Assembly (NCBI GenBank): GCA_964016885.1 | Contig: CAXHJY010001367.1 | Span: 1-64,000 of the forward strand | Direction: 5' to 3' | DNA from: Eledone cirrhosa | Taxonomy: Eukaryota | Length of the DNA: 64,000 bases | Shown here: positions 60,240-64,000 of the stretch, piece after piece | Layout of the letters: every line of letters begins with the position of its first letter | Numbering within the stretch: position 1 is the stretch's first letter | Program-made: the position numbers and the translations under genes | The notes under the pieces: generated by a model | The model's input: only the letters and a program-made list of their open reading frames with translations | What the model was told of the DNA's origin: nothing | Databases searched by the model: none

Positions 60240-62292
60240 AAAAAGAAAACCCAGGTAACCTTAAAGTTCTTTAGAAAGGGGACCTGCTAGTATGGAGAAG
60301 CAGGGACAGGCTGCAGGTTCACTCATCCCAAATATCCCAGCCAAAACCAATACAAACACAGGACAGGATGACTGCCCTGGAAGTATGCTGATGTTGTGCA
60401 TGCTACCCACAACAATAAAGAGACAATATACATATGCAGACACAGTACAGACTGCAGCAGCAGAGCAGCAATCTTTTTTTAGAAATGGCTGAAAAGATTG
60501 TGAGACAATTGACCTGACTACATTTCAGAGCCAAAGTCACTCACACCAACATTTATGACCCCCACAATCAAAGGACCCAGGAAGGCCACCACTGACACCA
60601 ACCTAAATGCCATATCAACAGCCACTGTTGACACCTTAAATGCCAGAGGCCTGGTGAAACTCACTAACATGAGTAAAATTTCCTACTTGAGAGACTTAGC
60701 CACAAGCAATCAAGCAATATGCATGGCATTAACTGAAATGCACCTGACAACTAACATAGCAGATGCAGAAATACACATATTAAAGTATGCTCTATTTTGT
60801 ACTGACAGGTCAGGGACAGAATTCGTGGTGGTGTTGATTTGTACATCTATGAAGATGTCCCCCTCATTGTACTGTTAACACATTTTAAGTCAGTCTATGG
60901 CATACTGATAGTACATGTAAAGCAACTCAAAATGGTAATATGTGTCACATCTCGGCCACCATGCACCCTTAGTCATGAAGGTAAGTTTGAAGATAGCCCC
61001 AGAAAGATGGAAGAAGTCCTTAACAAACTGGATCAGAATCTCAATGTATGAAGACCACCTCCTCTCAGGAATGACATTAGGTTCTTCTTAGAACAAAAAG
61101 CACTTCACCCAACAAGAGGTGAGAATGTCCTGGATCTCTGCTTTACAAATAACACTGTGCTCATCCACACTGTAATGGTGACACCAACGATTTTCTCAGA
61201 AATAATGATATATGGTCCGAGAGAGTATGTAGAGATGCAATCAATAGGAAGCACCGGGGATCTATCCAGCCTAAACATTGACAAGGCTAACTGGAAAAGG
61301 ATCAAAGAAAAGATCCTGAAGCAAACATCTCCACACAAGACACTAACACGCAATTTTAACAGCTCATGACAACAATACAAACCATAAGTCATAAGTTTGT
61401 CCCGGAAAAAAAAGGCGAACAGCAACAAAAATGTTTGTTCCCAGAGACGGGAAATTTCTTATGAGATGAAGAACAAAGATCTCAAACCTGTTAAATGCGC
61501 AACAGAGGAACAAGAAGGAACCCTATTTGAAACAGGCACTGCTTGAAATTGAAATTGTACTCAAACTTTCCCATGAAAAGGAGAGGACAGAGAGAGAAGC
61601 CAAGGCCATACAAAATATTAAAAACAAACCCTAAGGCCTCTTTTAAATTTGCAAATGAGACTGTCTCGGTACACTGCAAGATAGGGCCACTTTTCCATAA
61701 ATTCGTAGATGCTACAACACTACATGGAGAAATGGCAACCATCAACCACATAGATATAACAGAGGAAGATTTAATATCAGCCATAGAAGAAACAAGAGAA
61801 AACTCAGCTGCTGGACCTGATGGATTCCCAGCAATCCTCCTAAAAACATGCAAGATCACTGAAGATCCTCTTCAGAAGTTCTCTGGCTAGTGGGTAACTA
61901 CCCAGAGAGCAAAAAGAAGGCATAATATGCCCTATCCATAAAGAAGGAAGCAGAGCAGAGGCTAAAAACTACAAGCCAGTCTCCCTGACTTCGCACATCA
62001 GTAAGGTCATGGAACAAATCATCAGAAAGAAACTAATCATGTTCCTTGAGGAAAATTACCTCCTAACTAATACCCAGCATGGCTTTCGCCCAGGAAGAAG
62101 CTGCCTTACACAGCTTTACTACACTACAGCTGGGTACTGAAACAGCTGCTGGACCACTCAAATGTGGATGTGATATATCTTGATTTTGCAAAGGCCTTCA
62201 ACAAGGTTGACCATGGAACATGTCACAAACTACACAGATTAGGCATAATTGGAAAATTAGGTAAGTGGATGCATGACTTCTTAAAAGATACA
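60240..62292 (+). pseudogene. Decayed CR1/L2/Jockey-group LINE (CCCH-like ORF1 remnant, APE, RT N-terminal half)
   Basis: KFFRKGTC..GCRFTHPK; LNARGL, LTE.HL, PTRGENVLDL, SAAGPDGFP, NYKPVSLTS, QHGFRPGRSC, DVIYLDFAKAF.KVDH. Confidence 0.8.
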
Positions 62293-62539
62293 ATTCACCT
62301 CCCACTCTCTTACAGTGAACTCCAAAACGTCAGGGCTGCTACCATCAATGTAAGCATGATGAAAGGAAGATAAGGAGAGGTTATAAAGATGTTGGAGCAA
62401 AAAAATGAGGAAGGTTCCAAGCTCCTGAATTCTACAATACCATGATCTATCTAACTGTAACATGAACTTCAAAAAACCAGACAACCACTTGATCATTGAA
62501 AGATATATTCTTTTAATGTTACAATATTAAAGAAAATGT

Positions 62540-62960
62540 AAAGGAAGAGGTGAACAACGGAGCGAACACCAGAGCAAAAGACAGCAACGTCGCGAGTACT
62601 GGGCAACCTCTCTAATGATTTTTGAGGCAAGCCAGCACACTCGCAACGCTGCCTCGGGTGATAGCGAGGCTGATGCGCTGAAACAGCCAAGCCCCCTCAC
62701 GAGATTTGCCAGTTACCTCTATTAGGCGAGCTGCCAGTGAAGAGAGGAACCTCGCAGTCAGCGGCCCGACTCCTCCAAACGTCTCGAAAGCCACAGGCTG
62801 AAAAATGTAGCTGGTCGACAGATAAGAGTTTTTGAGGGTCTTACTCCGCTTGGCTGCAGAAGCTGTGGCTCTCGTCCTAACCACAGCATCTAGGATGCGG
62901 GAAAGAGCAAAAGAGTCACTAACAGTGACGTCCCAGACAAGGCACCTGCCTCTCGACCCG
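62540..62960 (-). mobile_element. 3' fragment of a CRE-like non-LTR element (restriction-like endonuclease region)
   Basis: GRCLVWDVTV..A..A...K..K..F.PVAFETFG..G..LFQRISLAI.RG motif typical of CRE/RLE C-termini. Confidence 0.7.
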
Positions 62961-64000
62961 GGGCAAATAGGCCAAATAGATTTTATCCTCACTAGAAGAC
63001 AATATAGAGTTATGGTTGTAAAAGTCCCTCCCTGGGGAGAAAAACACCTCCCAACATAGCCTAGTAGTTAGCGACTTTATAATTAGGGCTAGACAAATAG
63101 AGGGCAACCTACAAGAGAAAAATGGAAGCTGAAAGAGGCCTCAGCCAGTAACAAATAAGATTTTGTGGCTGGAGCAAGGCTCCAAAGAGAAGGAGAGTGA
63201 CTTAGTGGTGGAATAATAAGGTGGGTGAAACAATTAAGGCTAATAGACAGGCATGGAAAGAATGGCAGAATGGGAGAAGCAGAGAATACTACCAAGAAGC
63301 TAGATACTTTACAAAGAGGGAGCAGAAAAAAAAAAAAAATTATGCATGTTTTACAATGTGAGGTGCTCAGAATTGTCAGGAAATTTGTGATATTGGGGAG
63401 AAGTGTGTCTGAGATGAAAATGACGCACTTGCCCTCACTGTGGTTGAAAATAAAGTAGCATGGAAGTACTGTTATGAAAGACTGTTAAACAAGGAGAATG
63501 CATGTGAGGCAGTCTGCCCCAAGTGAACCCAACAGAGGGACCAACCATACAATTCAGCAGCATAGTAAGGCAATTAAAGATATGAAGACAGGCAAAGCAG
63601 CTGGGTCATTGGCAATTGTTGCTGAGATGCTGAAAGCATCTAGGATGGTGGGTCACACCTTAACCTCCAGTATCGTAAACCAAGTAATACAGAATTGTGT
63701 CATACCCAATGACTGGTGTAGCAGCATCATCGTCAACTGCTACAAGGGCAAAGGAGATGCACTAGATAGAAGAAACTATAGAAGCATCAAGTTGATGGAC
63801 CAAATCACAAAGGTTGCATAAAGAGTTATTGCATAGCTGATTAGGGACTGAGTTAACCTAGATGAGATGCAGTTTAGATTTGTGCCAGTTAAAAATAAAA
63901 ATAAACTATTGATGCATTCTTTCTTGTGAGGCAACTGCAGAAGTATCTAGCTAAAAGTAAGCCCCTCTACTTAGCATTTGATAATCTGGAGAAAGCATTT
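62961..64000 (+). pseudogene. Decayed RTE LINE fragment; runs off window end
   Basis: QIDFILTRR, KAIKDMKTGKAAG, VNCYKGKGDALDRRNYR, KPLYLAF. Confidence 0.85.

Overview
AT-rich animal genomic DNA. The combination of CORE-SINEs, Meta-domain-like SINEs, RTE LINEs, very long (TA)n/(TATG)n arrays and a 24-finger single-exon C2H2 gene suggests a cephalopod (octopus-like) genome; this is inference. One convincing host gene is present: the C2H2 zinc-finger ORF at about 20305-24132 (+). The rest is a transposon graveyard nested in (TA)n microsatellites. It holds about 12 copies or fragments of an RTE-clade LINE (APE + RT with an embedded PHD-like finger, (GAT)n tail), other RTE families, tRNA-derived SINEs sharing the RTE 3' tail, a mariner element, CR1-like and CRE-like LINE remnants, and Penelope-like elements (RT + GIY-YIG). 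The most notable signal is not in the ORF track. By eye I find 13 minimal type-I hammerhead ribozyme motifs from about 7 unrelated sequence families. Most lie in non-coding 0.3-1.2 kb units that insert in (TA)n as fold-back (inverted), tandem or circularly permuted copies. This looks like a diverse population of Penelope pLTR / retrozyme-like non-autonomous elements. The long Ile/Tyr ORFs are microsatellite artefacts.
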